From: Alphaproteobacteria bacterium
GTDB taxonomy: Bacteria > Pseudomonadota > Alphaproteobacteria > MPNO01 > UBA830
Assembly (NCBI GenBank): GCA_965243135.1
Contig: OZ251539.1
Location: 2,080,001-2,144,000, forward strand
Direction: 5' to 3'
DNA: 64,000 bases
Shown here: piece after piece, positions 38,161 to 48,230 of the stretch
Layout: every line of letters begins with the position of its first letter
Numbering within the stretch: position 1 is the stretch's first letter
Translations under genes and position numbers: made by a program
The notes under the pieces: model-generated
What the model was told of the DNA's origin: nothing
What the model saw: only the letters and a program-made list of their open reading frames with translations
The model's database searches: none

Positions 38161-39468
38161 TCAGTTCATGAGGCCCGGCAAATAAAGCGAGATGCCCGGA
38201 AAAGCGGCCAGCAACAGTACCACGAACACCTCGCAGACCAGAAACCAGCCCACTCCCTTGAAGATCGTCTCGAGCGATATGTCGGCGCCGACCACGCTCT
38301 TGATGACGTAAACGTTGAGCCCCACCGGCGGCGTCAGCAATCCGATCTCGATGTACTTGACGACGAGCACGCCGAACCAGATCAGATCCAGGTTGAGCGC
38401 CTCGAACATCGGCAGCAGCAGCGGCAACGTGATCAGGAGCAATCCGAGCGGATCGAGAAACATGCCGAGGATGACGTATATGATCGATGCCGCGAGCACG
38501 AGCAGAACCGGATCGGCCGCCCAGCTGCCCACCATGTCCTTGAGAAAGCTTTCCGCTCCCGTCATGGCCAGGAACCGGGTCAGCAGCACGGCGCCGATGG
38601 CGACCCAGAAGATCCGGGCCGTGCCGGACAGCGCCTCGAAAACGCTGTCCCTGAAGACTTTGAAGGAAAGCCGGCCCTGCGCGGCCGCGATGACGAAGGA
38701 CACGAACGCTCCGAAGGCGCCGGCTTCGGTCGCGGTGAAGACGCCCGCGTAGAGGCCGCCGATGATGGTGACGACAAGCGCGAGCAGCGGCCAGACTTCG
38801 CCTAGCGCCGCGAAGCGTTCCGCGCGATTCGCGTCCTGCATCTGCGGCGGCCCGAGGGACGGATTGATCCGGCAGCGGACGATGATCATCGTGGTGTAGA
38901 TCGCCGCCGTCATCAATCCCGGCAGCACGCCGGCGATGAAGAGCTTGCTGATCGAGACTTCGGCGAAAATCCCGTAGAGCACGAAGGCGATCGAAGGCGG
39001 AATCATGGCGCCCAGCGTGCCGGCGCTGGCGACCGTTCCGGTCGACAGGCCCGGATCGTAACCGGCTCGCGTCATTTCCGGCACGCTGATGCGGCCGAGC
39101 GCGGCGGCGGTCGCGGTGCTCGAGCCGGAGGCCGCCGCGAAACCGGCGCAGGCCAGATTGGCGGCGACGGCGAGCCCGCCCGGCAGGCCGCCCAGCCACA
39201 GCTTCGCGGCCTTGAACAACGAGGCCGATATGCCGGAATGATGCGCCACCGCGCCCATCAGCAGGAACATCGGAATCGCGGAGAACGACCAGTGCGCCGC
39301 AAAGTCGAACGGCTCGGTCCGCAGCATGCCGCCCGCCACGTCCCATCCCTTGAGCGCCGCGACGCCGGTTATCGAAACCAGCATAAGCGCAAAGCCCACA
39401 GGCATGCGCAGCGCGATGAGGACGAGGAGCGCCCCGAGACCGGCGAACCCGATCTGCAGTTCGGTCAC
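38161..39468 (-). CDS. TRAP transporter large permease (DctM)
   Basis: AIPMFLLMG, ASGSSTAT, GAMIPPS, TPPVGLNVY. Confidence 0.93.
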   Translation of the reverse strand: MTELQIGFAGLGALLVLIALRMPVGFALMLVSITGVAALKGWDVAGGMLRTEPFDFAAHWSFSAIPMFLLMGAVAHHSGISASLFKAAKLWLGGLPGGLAVAANLACAGFAAASGSSTATAAALGRISVPEMTRAGYDPGLSTGTVASAGTLGAMIPPSIAFVLYGIFAEVSISKLFIAGVLPGLMTAAIYTTMIIVRCRINPSLGPPQMQDANRAERFAALGEVWPLLALVVTIIGGLYAGVFTATEAGAFGAFVSFVIAAAQGRLSFKVFRDSVFEALSGTARIFWVAIGAVLLTRFLAMTGAESFLKDMVGSWAADPVLLVLAASIIYVILGMFLDPLGLLLITLPLLLPMFEALNLDLIWFGVLVVKYIEIGLLTPPVGLNVYVIKSVVGADISLETIFKGVGWFLVCEVFVVLLLAAFPGISLYLPGLMN

Positions 39469-39472
39469 GCCG

Positions 39473-39991
39473 TCACTCCCATCGCGCGGGTTCGCGCCGG
39501 CCGAGGGCGACCAGGAAGTCGTCGACGATCCGGAACGCCATGTAGACTCCCATGAGAAACACGCCCGCAGGCAAAAGGAACCGGCTCGGCCAGATCGTGA
39601 TCAGATCGTCGGACGTCTCCCACATCTCCCCCGAAGCGTGGCTCTCGAGCGCGGCGATCCAGGTCTCGCGCACCAGCCAGGCGGTGAAGGCGAGGCACGC
39701 CGCCCCCAGCGCGGCTTCGAGCAGGGCGAGCGCCCTCGGCGACAGGCCGCGCGTGAAGAGTTCGACGTGAATGTGTCCCTCGTGATGCGCCACGTAGGCG
39801 AGCGGCAGGAACGTCACGGCGACCATGTCGTAGAACGAAACGATTTCGATCGTGCCGTCGAGCGGCGACGCGACGATTTCCCGCATCGCGACGTCGACCA
39901 CCACATGGAACATGATAAGAAGTATCGCGATCCCGGCGATCCACGAGAAGAGATTTGAGGGGATCCGGATTGACCAGTGGTCAGGTCGCAT
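39473..39991 (-). CDS. TRAP transporter small permease (DctQ)
   Basis: Four TM segments, GHIHVELF. Confidence 0.85.
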   Translation of the reverse strand: MRPDHWSIRIPSNLFSWIAGIAILLIMFHVVVDVAMREIVASPLDGTIEIVSFYDMVAVTFLPLAYVAHHEGHIHVELFTRGLSPRALALLEAALGAACLAFTAWLVRETWIAALESHASGEMWETSDDLITIWPSRFLLPAGVFLMGVYMAFRIVDDFLVALGRREPARWE

Positions 39992-40149
39992 TCAGAGACT
40001 CCGCGTGTCCCGGCGGACAACGCAGCGCCCGCGGAACGACTATAGCGCAGCCCGGAACCGGACGGAAACCGGGTCGCGAACCGGGGTTTCCCGAAAGCCG
40101 CCGCGGCATGTTATTTGTATCCGCCTACGCTACCGGAAAGGATGATGTC

Positions 40150-40974
40150 ATGACCGCAGCGCCCGGCCCGACCGTTCCCGGCGTCCTACAGTTCACCGTG
40201 AAGACCGGCGAGATTCCGACCACCCAGGTCTCGGACGGCGGCGGCCGCAGCGATCCGAAGACCGGCGCCTACGAAATGAAGGAGGTCGCCGTCCATGACG
40301 GCCGGCCGAGAGCGAACGAGTTCGATCTCGAAACCCAGGGCTTCAAGTTCATGCGGCACGAAACGGCCGTTACGGACTTCACCGACGGCGAACAGGTGGA
40401 AGCCGTCTACTACCCGGAACTCGAGGAGTTGCTTCGGAGCGCGACGGGGGCGGAGAAGATCCTGATCTTCGATCACACCATTCGGATCGGCGACCCCGAA
40501 AAGCGCGCGGCGCTCGGCGTGCGCGACCCGGTGCGCAACGCGCATAACGACTTCACCGACGAGTCCGCGCCGCAGCGCGTGCGCGACCTGTTGCCGCCGG
40601 ACGAGGCGGAGGAGCGATTGAAGCGGCGTTTCGCCTCGATCAACGTCTGGCGCCCGCTGACGGGGCCGGTAAAAACCGATCCCATCGCGATCTGCGAATG
40701 GAACAGCATCGGCCCCGACGACATGGTCGTCGCCAAGCGGGTGTACAAGGATCGCGTGGGCGGCATTCTCAACCTCAGCTACAACCCGAATCAGCGTTGG
40801 CACTACTTCCCCGACATGGAGACGGACGAGGTCATCCTGCTCAAGTGCTTCGATTCCGAACGCGACGGCCGCGCCCGCTGGACTGCGCATGCGGCGTTCG
40901 AGGATCCGGCCGGCCCCGACCCGGACCTGCCGGCGCGCGAAAGCATCGAGGTCAGAACCCTGCTGTTCTACTGA
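40150..40974 (+). CDS. CmcJ/NvfI/AsaB-family Fe(II)/2OG-like oxidoreductase
   Basis: FDHTIR, AHNDFT (HxD), INVWRP, HAAF, RESIEVR. Confidence 0.82.
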   Translation: MTAAPGPTVPGVLQFTVKTGEIPTTQVSDGGGRSDPKTGAYEMKEVAVHDGRPRANEFDLETQGFKFMRHETAVTDFTDGEQVEAVYYPELEELLRSATGAEKILIFDHTIRIGDPEKRAALGVRDPVRNAHNDFTDESAPQRVRDLLPPDEAEERLKRRFASINVWRPLTGPVKTDPIAICEWNSIGPDDMVVAKRVYKDRVGGILNLSYNPNQRWHYFPDMETDEVILLKCFDSERDGRARWTAHAAFEDPAGPDPDLPARESIEVRTLLFY

Positions 40975-40983
40975 CGCCGTTCT

Positions 40984-41388
40984 TCAGTCGAACATCGCCA
41001 CGCAGTCGATCTCGACGTTGACGCCGACGCGGTGGGGCGTGCCGCCGATGCAGGTGCGCGTCACCTTCTCTCCCTGCATGAACTGCGTGAAGGCCTCGTT
41101 GAAGCGGGGAAAGTCCGCGACGTCCCGAAGGCAGACGCGCATGTTCACCACGTTGGCCATCGTCGCTCCGGCCGCGGCGAGCACGTTCTCGATGTTGGCG
41201 AGGGTCCGGCGCGTCTGCTCTCCGATGTCGCCGGAAACCACCTCGCGCGTCTCGGGATCGAGCGGCCCCTGACCCGAGACGAACAGCATGTTGCCGAACC
41301 GCGCGCCCTGGGCGAGCGGCGAGGGAGTCGCCTTGTCGGTGAATCCGGTCGTCGGCGACTTGCTGGAAGTCACGATTTGCTTGGGCAT
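40984..41388 (-). CDS. RidA/YjgF family protein (candidate 2-aminomuconate deaminase)
   Basis: LFVSGQGP, QTRRTLANI, TRTCIG, VEID. Confidence 0.88.
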   Translation of the reverse strand: MPKQIVTSSKSPTTGFTDKATPSPLAQGARFGNMLFVSGQGPLDPETREVVSGDIGEQTRRTLANIENVLAAAGATMANVVNMRVCLRDVADFPRFNEAFTQFMQGEKVTRTCIGGTPHRVGVNVEIDCVAMFD

Positions 41389-41425
41389 GCCTTTCGCCTT
41401 GCAGGTTTTCCGGTCGCGGGACTCG

Positions 41426-41935
41426 CTACGGGCGCGGCGCGACCGCGCCGCAGCTTCCGCAGGTGCGGCTCTCCTCCGAATCGAAATAACGGGCGTAGGC
41501 TTTCGAAACGGGATCCTTGGCGTAATCGTCCACCACGAAGGTCTCTTCATGGAGGAAAGCGTCGCAGGACGGACAATACCAGTGAAAGCGGTCGATTTCG
41601 CCGGGGCGCCGCATGCGCTCGCTGACGAGCAGGTACGCGTCGGGAGGGAAGCGCGGCGAATGGGGTATCCCGGCCGCGGTGTATATCGTGCAGCCCTGCC
41701 GGACCACGGACACCTCCTCCCCGCCTCCGGGCGCGCGGTAGTGAAGGTTCATGTCGCCCTTCAGCATGGTCATCGTCTCGTCGCCCGGATTGATGTGGAA
41801 CTCGCTTCGATATTCCCGGCCGCGAGCGACGAACACGAGGGATTCCGGCCTCTGCCACAACACGTGAACCCGCCTGCCCGTCCTCCCGAGTTCCTCGGAG
41901 ACGGCGTCGAGATCGGCAATCGGCATGGGAAGCAT
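41426..41935 (-). CDS. 3-hydroxyanthranilate 3,4-dioxygenase-like cupin
   Basis: RSEFHINPGDE, IPHSPR, two CxxC (WYCPSC, TCGSC) rubredoxin-like Fe site. Confidence 0.85.
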   Translation of the reverse strand: MLPMPIADLDAVSEELGRTGRRVHVLWQRPESLVFVARGREYRSEFHINPGDETMTMLKGDMNLHYRAPGGGEEVSVVRQGCTIYTAAGIPHSPRFPPDAYLLVSERMRRPGEIDRFHWYCPSCDAFLHEETFVVDDYAKDPVSKAYARYFDSEESRTCGSCGAVAPRP

Positions 41936-42083
41936 CGGCGTTCTCCAACCGTTTCGGCAATCATTCTCGGCATATCCGGGCGCCGGATCAAGCCCGGCGC
42001 GAACGAGCGCGAAAGACGCGCCGGCGGACGCGGCGCCGTCTTCGGACTTCGCAGGCCTCGCCGGACGGGCCGCGCGCAGGCCG

Positions 42084-42887
42084 TCACGTCCGCCATTTCA
42101 GCAGCGCGCGTTCGGCGCGCCCGATCAGCCAGTTAACGGACAATCCCATCACGGAGAGTATGGCGACCCCGGCGACCAGTTCGTCGGTCGCCATCAGACT
42201 GCCCGCGAGGAGCACGTAGGCGCCGACGCCGAATTCGGCGCCGATCATTTCGGCGGCGACGAGCAGCACGATCGCGATCGCGGCCGATATCCTGAACCCC
42301 GGCAGGATCGCCGGCATCGCGCCGGGCAGGATGATCTTGCGCACGATCGACAACCAGGACAGGCCGAAGGACTGCCCCATTCGAATCAGGCCCCTGTCCA
42401 CGTTGTCCACGCCGCCGTAGGTCGCGACCACGGTCGGGAAGAAAGTGCCGAAAAGAATCGTCGCGATCTTCGACCCCTCGCCGATGCCGAACCAGATGAT
42501 GAACAGCGGCAACAAGGCGATCTTCGGTATCGGGAAGATCGCGGCGACGATCGGCGCCATTCCGGCGCGGGCCAGAGAGAACAATCCGATGCAAAAGCCG
42601 ACCGCGATCCCGAGAACGGTCCCGAGCGTCCAGCCGACGATCAGCCGTTGCAGCGACGCCCCGACATGCTTCCAGAACAGTCCGCTCTCGAATAGATCGA
42701 CGAGAGCGGCCAGAACCAGCGACGGCGGCGGCAGCGCCAGCGGCGGTATGAAGCCGGTGCGCGACCCCGTTTCCCACAACGCCACGGCGCAAAAAAAGAC
42801 CAGGGGCCCGACGACGCCGAGCGGCCTGGGAGAAAAACCGCCCCCCCGAAACGGAATCGGCCGGCCGCGCGCCGTTCGACTATCCAT
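42084..42887 (-). CDS. ABC transporter permease (NitT/TauT/SsuC family)
   Basis: PIPKIALLPL, LVAAEMIGA. Confidence 0.92.
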   Translation of the reverse strand: MDSRTARGRPIPFRGGGFSPRPLGVVGPLVFFCAVALWETGSRTGFIPPLALPPPSLVLAALVDLFESGLFWKHVGASLQRLIVGWTLGTVLGIAVGFCIGLFSLARAGMAPIVAAIFPIPKIALLPLFIIWFGIGEGSKIATILFGTFFPTVVATYGGVDNVDRGLIRMGQSFGLSWLSIVRKIILPGAMPAILPGFRISAAIAIVLLVAAEMIGAEFGVGAYVLLAGSLMATDELVAGVAILSVMGLSVNWLIGRAERALLKWRT

Positions 42888-43647
42888 CCACCAGCTCCAT
42901 CTCCGCGGCCTGAGCCTCGTCCCGGATCAGCCGCCAAAGTCGCCGCTGGTGCTCTTCGAGTTCGGCCCCGCAAGCTGCGCGGCGGTCGAGAGGGATGTCG
43001 ATTTCCAGAATCTCCCGAACCGCGCCCGGCCGGCGCGACAGAACGATCACCCGGTGGCCGAGGCGCACCGCCTCCTGAAGATTGTGGGTGATGTAGACGG
43101 CGGAGAAGCGTTCGCGCGCCCAGAGTTCGATCAGATCGTCCATCAACAGTTCGCGGGTCTGGGCGTCCAGCGCCGAGAGCGGCTCGTCCATCAGCAGAAA
43201 GGCGGGCGAAACGGCCAGGGCGCGGGCGATGGCCACCCGCTGCTTCATGCCGCCCGAAAGTTGCCTGGGCAGCGCCTTCCGGAACTCCGAGAGCTTGGTG
43301 CGGGAAAGCACGTCGCTCACGATCCGCTCCGCCTCTTCCCGCCCGATCGGGTGATCCTCGAGAACCAGGCGGACGTTGCCCTCCACGGACCGCCAGGGCA
43401 GCAACGCGAAGTCCTGGAAGATGTAGGTGAGCGGATTGAGGGAATCCGGAGGCGGGTCGCCGATCTGGAAGATGCTGCCCGCCTCCGGGCGTTCGAGTCC
43501 GCCGATCAGGCGAAGCAGCGTCGACTTGCCGCAACCGGAAGGCCCGACGATGCACGCGATGCGGCCGGCCGGGATCGAAAGGTCGATCCCCCGCAACACC
43601 TCGACGTCGCCGTAAGCGTGGCGGAGGCCGGCGAGGCGCAACTCCAC
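42880..43647 (-). CDS. ABC transporter ATPase (NitT/TauT family)
   Basis: GPSGCGKS, LSGGMKQR, DEPLSALD. Confidence 0.93.
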   Translation of the reverse strand: MELRLAGLRHAYGDVEVLRGIDLSIPAGRIACIVGPSGCGKSTLLRLIGGLERPEAGSIFQIGDPPPDSLNPLTYIFQDFALLPWRSVEGNVRLVLEDHPIGREEAERIVSDVLSRTKLSEFRKALPRQLSGGMKQRVAIARALAVSPAFLLMDEPLSALDAQTRELLMDDLIELWARERFSAVYITHNLQEAVRLGHRVIVLSRRPGAVREILEIDIPLDRRAACGAELEEHQRRLWRLIRDEAQAAEMELVDG

Positions 43648-43666
43648 CCGCGCGGCCTCCTCCCGG

Positions 43667-44701
43667 TCAGTAGGTCTCCACGTAGCTCTTGTCGACCAAC
43701 TTGTCGATGCCGATGTCGCCCTTGACCAGGCCCTCGGCCTTGAACCAGTCGAGTTGCGCCTGAACGTTCGAGACGTTCAGTTTGGCGTTCTCGTTGAGGC
43801 GCATCGCGCCGTTCCGAATCGACGGAGCGGCTTTTTCGTAGGGTCGGCTGCTGTAGACGTATTTGTGAATGAGCTTGACCGTCGCTTCGGCGGCGGCCTC
43901 GCCGGCCGTCTTGTCCACGAGCGCCGCGTTGAAGTCGGCCGCGCCGCGCGAAAAGGCCGCGAGAAACTTCCTGGTCCGCTCTCGTTCGTCGGCGGCCGTC
44001 TTCGCCGAAGTGAAAACGACCGTGACCTGGTAGTCGGGCGCGTAATCGCTGATCCAGCCGATAACGTGGACGTTGCCCTTGGCGAGCGCCTTGGCGATAT
44101 GGGGCACGATGGCCCAGGCGTCGATCTGGCCGGACTTCAGAGCGCCCACGATCGCCCCGACCTTCTGCAGCGGCCGCAGCTTGATGCTGTTCATCGGAAT
44201 GCCTTCCTTGGCGGCGATGCGCGCCGCCATGTAGTGAAAGGACGATCCTGTCTGGGTGATCCCGAAACTGCGGCCTCCGAGCTTGGCCGGCGAGGTCAGG
44301 CCCGCCTTGAACGCCGCGTCCGACGCGAGGATCGCCGACCCGTCGATGCCTTTCTCCTCGTGAAGCGCGCCGCCGATCACCTTGATCGCGCCCTTGTCGG
44401 CGAGATTGATCAGGCCGCCCGTAATCGCAGTGACGCCGTAGTCGATATCGCCGGAAGCGATGGCGACCGCCATTGGAGCCGCCGCCTGGAAGAACTTGAA
44501 CTCGACGTCGAGTCCGGCTTCCTTGAAGTAACCCTTCTCGTAGGCGACGAAGCTGGCGGCATGCGACGTGAAGCGCAGCGCGCCCACCCGGGTCTTGTCG
44601 TCGGCGCTCGCCGCGTTCGCCGCGCCCGCCAGCGAGGCCGCGCCGGCCAGCGCCGCAAGAAACAGGCGCCGAATGACGGCGCCGGACATATTGACTCGCA
44701 T
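43667..44701 (-). CDS. ABC transporter substrate-binding protein (SsuA/THI5-like)
   Basis: RR-containing signal peptide; EKGYFKEAGLDVE. Confidence 0.9.
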   Translation of the reverse strand: MRVNMSGAVIRRLFLAALAGAASLAGAANAASADDKTRVGALRFTSHAASFVAYEKGYFKEAGLDVEFKFFQAAAPMAVAIASGDIDYGVTAITGGLINLADKGAIKVIGGALHEEKGIDGSAILASDAAFKAGLTSPAKLGGRSFGITQTGSSFHYMAARIAAKEGIPMNSIKLRPLQKVGAIVGALKSGQIDAWAIVPHIAKALAKGNVHVIGWISDYAPDYQVTVVFTSAKTAADERERTRKFLAAFSRGAADFNAALVDKTAGEAAAEATVKLIHKYVYSSRPYEKAAPSIRNGAMRLNENAKLNVSNVQAQLDWFKAEGLVKGDIGIDKLVDKSYVETY

Positions 44702-44853
44702 CGATCAGGATCTCCTCGTTCGTTGGTCGCCGCATAATACACGACTGATCGGAACCGGCGGAACCGGTCTCGCGGCGTTCGCGAAAGCGGGTCGCCCGCG
44801 GCAGCGTCGCGGCGCGCTCGTCGACGGGATCCGTCCCGGGGCGGCGAAACGCT

Positions 44854-46479
44854 TCACGCCGCGGCCGGCCGTCCGAGAATGAGATCCGACGCCTTCTCGG
44901 CGACCATGACCACGACCGCATTGATGTTGCCGCCGACGAGATCCGGAAAGATCGACGCGTCGGCCACCCGAAGATTGCCGACTCCTCGCACGCGCAGTTC
45001 GCCGTCGACCACGGCGCCGTCGTCGTTTCCCATGCGGCAGGTGCTGGCCGGATGATAGACCGTATTCAGCGTCTCGCGCACGAAGGCGTCGACTTCGTCG
45101 TCGCTTTCCGCGTCGTCGCCCGGCGCTAGCTCCCGGCCGCGCACCCCGTCGAAAGCGGGCTGACGGGCGAGCTTGCGAATGACGCGGAAGCTTTCGCGCT
45201 GCACGAACCGGTCGGTTTCCGTCGACAGAAAATTGTTGCGAATGCGGACGGGCTCGAGCGGATCCGCGGAACTCAACCGCACGGCGCCGCGACTCTCGGG
45301 ACGCAGATGACAGGTGCGGAACGCGAAAGATTCCGCAACGGGCGGTCTGATCAGCGGAAACCACTCGCGCGCGGTCACCGCCACCGGCCGGAAGAACATC
45401 TGTATGTCGGGCAGTTCGAGATCCGGCCTGCTCTTGAAGAACCCGGTCAGGGACGACGGCGGCGTCGCGACCCGGCCCGTTCCGAACAGGCGCGCGCGAA
45501 GGGCGTGCAACGCAAGGCGGTCCATTCGCAGGTCGCGATGGAAACGGGAGGGCGTCGCGTATTCGTACTCCACTCCGATGGACGGGTGATCCTGCAAATT
45601 GCCGCCGACCTCGCCGCGGTCGCAGGCGACCTCCACGCCAATCTCCGCGAGGTGGTCGCCGGGGCCGATCCCGGACAGCATCAGCACCTGCGGCGAGTTG
45701 ATCGCGCCGCCTGCCAGCACGACCTCGCGCAGCGCCCGGACGCGATGCGTTTCTCCGTCGCGGCGGTATTCCACGCCGACCGCGCGTCCCTCCTCGAACA
45801 GGATCCTCGTGACGTGGGCGCGAACTTCCAGTTCGAGATTGGAGCGCTGCATCGCCGGATGAAGATAGGCGACTGCGGCGCTCTGCCGCCGTCCGCGGTG
45901 AACGTTGATCTGAAGCCGGGCGAAGCCCTCCTGCACGGCGCCGTTGTAGTCGGGCGTTTCCGGATACCCGGCCGAGCTGATCGCGTCGAAAAGCGTATCG
46001 ACGATCGGATCCGCAATGTCCGTGGTTCGAATTTTCCAGGGTCCGTCCGCGCCGTGGTAAGGGTCGTTCTTGTCTTCGAACGATTCCGCCCGCTTGAAAT
46101 ACGGAAGCACGTCGTCGTACGACCAGCCCGCCAGCCCCATCTGCCGCCAGCGGTCGAAATCGCCGCGGTTTCCGCGAACGTAAGCCATCATGTTTATGGA
46201 GGAGCCGCCGCCGAGAACCTTGCCGCGCGGATGGAAAACCCGGCGCCCGCCAAGCGTCGGCTCCGGCTCCGACATGTAGGACCAGTTGAAACGCGGATCG
46301 TTCCATACCTTCCCGACGCCGAGCGGCATGTGGATCATCATGCTGGAATCCCGATCGCCGGCCTCCAGCACGAGAACGCGGCTGGCGCCGTCTTCGGTCA
46401 GCCTGTTGGCCAAAACGCAGCCGGCAGTGCCGGCTCCGACGACCACGAAATCGCAGGTACGGATGTTTCTTCCTCCCAA
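44854..46479 (-). CDS. GMC oxidoreductase (choline dehydrogenase-like)
   Basis: VVGAGTAG, RGKVLGGGSSIN, NLQDH, YHPASTCRMG; start uncertain (TTG 46479 or ATC 46464). Confidence 0.9.
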   Translation of the reverse strand: MGGRNIRTCDFVVVGAGTAGCVLANRLTEDGASRVLVLEAGDRDSSMMIHMPLGVGKVWNDPRFNWSYMSEPEPTLGGRRVFHPRGKVLGGGSSINMMAYVRGNRGDFDRWRQMGLAGWSYDDVLPYFKRAESFEDKNDPYHGADGPWKIRTTDIADPIVDTLFDAISSAGYPETPDYNGAVQEGFARLQINVHRGRRQSAAVAYLHPAMQRSNLELEVRAHVTRILFEEGRAVGVEYRRDGETHRVRALREVVLAGGAINSPQVLMLSGIGPGDHLAEIGVEVACDRGEVGGNLQDHPSIGVEYEYATPSRFHRDLRMDRLALHALRARLFGTGRVATPPSSLTGFFKSRPDLELPDIQMFFRPVAVTAREWFPLIRPPVAESFAFRTCHLRPESRGAVRLSSADPLEPVRIRNNFLSTETDRFVQRESFRVIRKLARQPAFDGVRGRELAPGDDAESDDEVDAFVRETLNTVYHPASTCRMGNDDGAVVDGELRVRGVGNLRVADASIFPDLVGGNINAVVVMVAEKASDLILGRPAAA

Positions 46480-46589
46480 TCGTCCCGGCCTCGCGGCCGG
46501 CGCCGAACGTTTCGGGCGCGCCGGGGCGTTCCCTGCTCCGCTTTCCGCGGAAGGGCGGACCGGAAAACCCGTTCGGCATCTTATGCGAG

Positions 46590-46820
46590 TACGCCGGAGA
46601 CCGCCATAGACCGCCCGAAAGCGCATTGGCCCGCCGACGAAAATCAATCCGGACACCGCCGTCTCCGGCCGCGACGTCCTGCCGAAGCCATGGCGGCTCT
46701 CGGCGAACTCGTCCGCGCCGGCCGGCGCCAGGCCGCCGCGCGCGGCGCCGCGAAACAATTCGCGGAAACGGGTCTGCGCGAATCGCGAGGACTCCCGGTC
46801 ATTCGTCAGGCAAACCGACA
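46590..46820 (+). pseudogene. Probable remnant of a Tas-like aldo/keto reductase
   Basis: ETAIDRPKAHWP...AEAMAALGELVRAG...ESRGLPVIRQ resembles the AKR segment DYIDLYQLHWP...ETLAALGELVRAGK...GLPRI. Confidence 0.45.
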
Positions 46821-46958
46821 TTGTGCCCGGCTTCGCGAACGGACCTCGGTTTCGCGCACCGCGAGCAGGGGACGCCTTGTCCGGCAGGAAAACGGACGCC
46901 AGGAGCGGAGAACCGCCATTCCGGACCGAGATCGCCCGGACTTTTCGGCAGGGAGTGC

Positions 46959-47035
46959 TGGCGCGCCCGGAAGGATTCGAACCCTCGACCTGCGGATTAG
47001 AAGTCCGCCGCTCTATCCGGCTGAGCTACGGGCGC
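46959..47035 (-). tRNA. tRNA-Arg (TCT)
   Basis: 77 nt: GCGCCCGTAGCTCAGCCGGATAGAGC...CTTCTAA anticodon loop...GGTTCGAATCC...GCGCGCCA. Confidence 0.97.
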
Positions 47036-47433
47036 AAGAAGCCATCGCATCGTAGCACAGTCGCGTCCGCCCGGCGAGCGCGGAGCGGCGGCATGCGCCC
47101 GGTCAGCCCGGCTTCGCGGCGCTTCGCCCGCCTGTCCGGGACGGTCCCGGCGGCGAAAGCCGCAATAACGGCGACGCGCGACGTCTCGAACGAGAGGTTC
47201 GGGCAAACGGAAGGACGCGGCCTTCCGCGTCCCGAACGGGAGCGCGAAGTCGCGCGATTCCGGAAAACGGTTCGACCGGCAGTCGGCATGCGCGCCTGTC
47301 GACTGTCGAGAAAGAAACTGCGAACCGTCGGTCGCAGGCGCCCCGGCCGCGTCCGGGCGCGAAACCGGGGATTTCGGCGCGGACGAGCTTTTTCCGGTAC
47401 GATGCGCAACCATGGCATGAGGAGAAGGCGAAA

Positions 47434-48195
47434 ATGGCGGGACGGCTCGAGGGCAAGCTTGCGTTGATCGCGGGCGGCGGCGGCGGCATCGGCGGCGCGA
47501 CGGCGCGGCGCTTCCGCGCGGAGGGAGCCGGCGTCGGCATCCTCGACGCGAACCGGGAAGCGGCGGAACGGACGGCGGCCTCCTTGCCGGACGGAAACGG
47601 CGCGGTCTTCGCGCTGGACGCCGATATCGGCGATCCGGACGCGGCCAGGGCCGCCGTCGACCGCGCGGCCTCGGAACTCGGCGGCCTCGACATCGTCGTT
47701 CACTCGGCGGCGGCGCGCGAACCGACCGCCACGGTCGAAGAACTGTCCATCGAGGATTGGAACGAGGCGGTGCGCGTCAATCTCACCAGCATGTTTTTGC
47801 TCTGCAAGTTCGCGCTTCCGCATCTGCGCGCCCGGGGCGGCGGCGTGATCGTCAACATCGCGTCCCAGTTCGGCAGCGTGGCGACCGCGGGGAGGCCCGC
47901 CTATCACGCGACGAAGGGCGCGGCGATCCAGCTGACCAGGGCCATCGCCGTGGAGAACGCCGCCCGCAACGTCCGGGCGGTCACCGTTTCGCCGGGCGCG
48001 GTCGAGACCGACCGCCTGCTGGCGCGGCACAAGACCTTCGAGAAAGTCCGCGAGCGGCTCGTCCCCAACCATCCGATCGGGCGGCTCGGCCAACCGGAGG
48101 AAATCGCCGCCGCCGTGCTGTTCGCCGCCAGCGACGACGCTTCCTTCATGACCGGTTCCGACCTGATCGTCGACGGCGGCTACACCGCCGTCTGA
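47434..48195 (+). CDS. SDR-family oxidoreductase
   Basis: GGGGGIG, YHATK, SPG, VDGG. Confidence 0.93.
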   Translation: MAGRLEGKLALIAGGGGGIGGATARRFRAEGAGVGILDANREAAERTAASLPDGNGAVFALDADIGDPDAARAAVDRAASELGGLDIVVHSAAAREPTATVEELSIEDWNEAVRVNLTSMFLLCKFALPHLRARGGGVIVNIASQFGSVATAGRPAYHATKGAAIQLTRAIAVENAARNVRAVTVSPGAVETDRLLARHKTFEKVRERLVPNHPIGRLGQPEEIAAAVLFAASDDASFMTGSDLIVDGGYTAV

Positions 48196-48230
48196 CCGAG
48201 CCGTCGCGCCGCTCCGGACGCAAGCGGCGC

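Noticed and set aside
36926-39346. 806-aa ORF suggesting an extended or fused DctP
   Set aside because: The N-terminal half is an off-frame overlap of dctM; the real DctP starts at 38092 with an SD and signal peptide.
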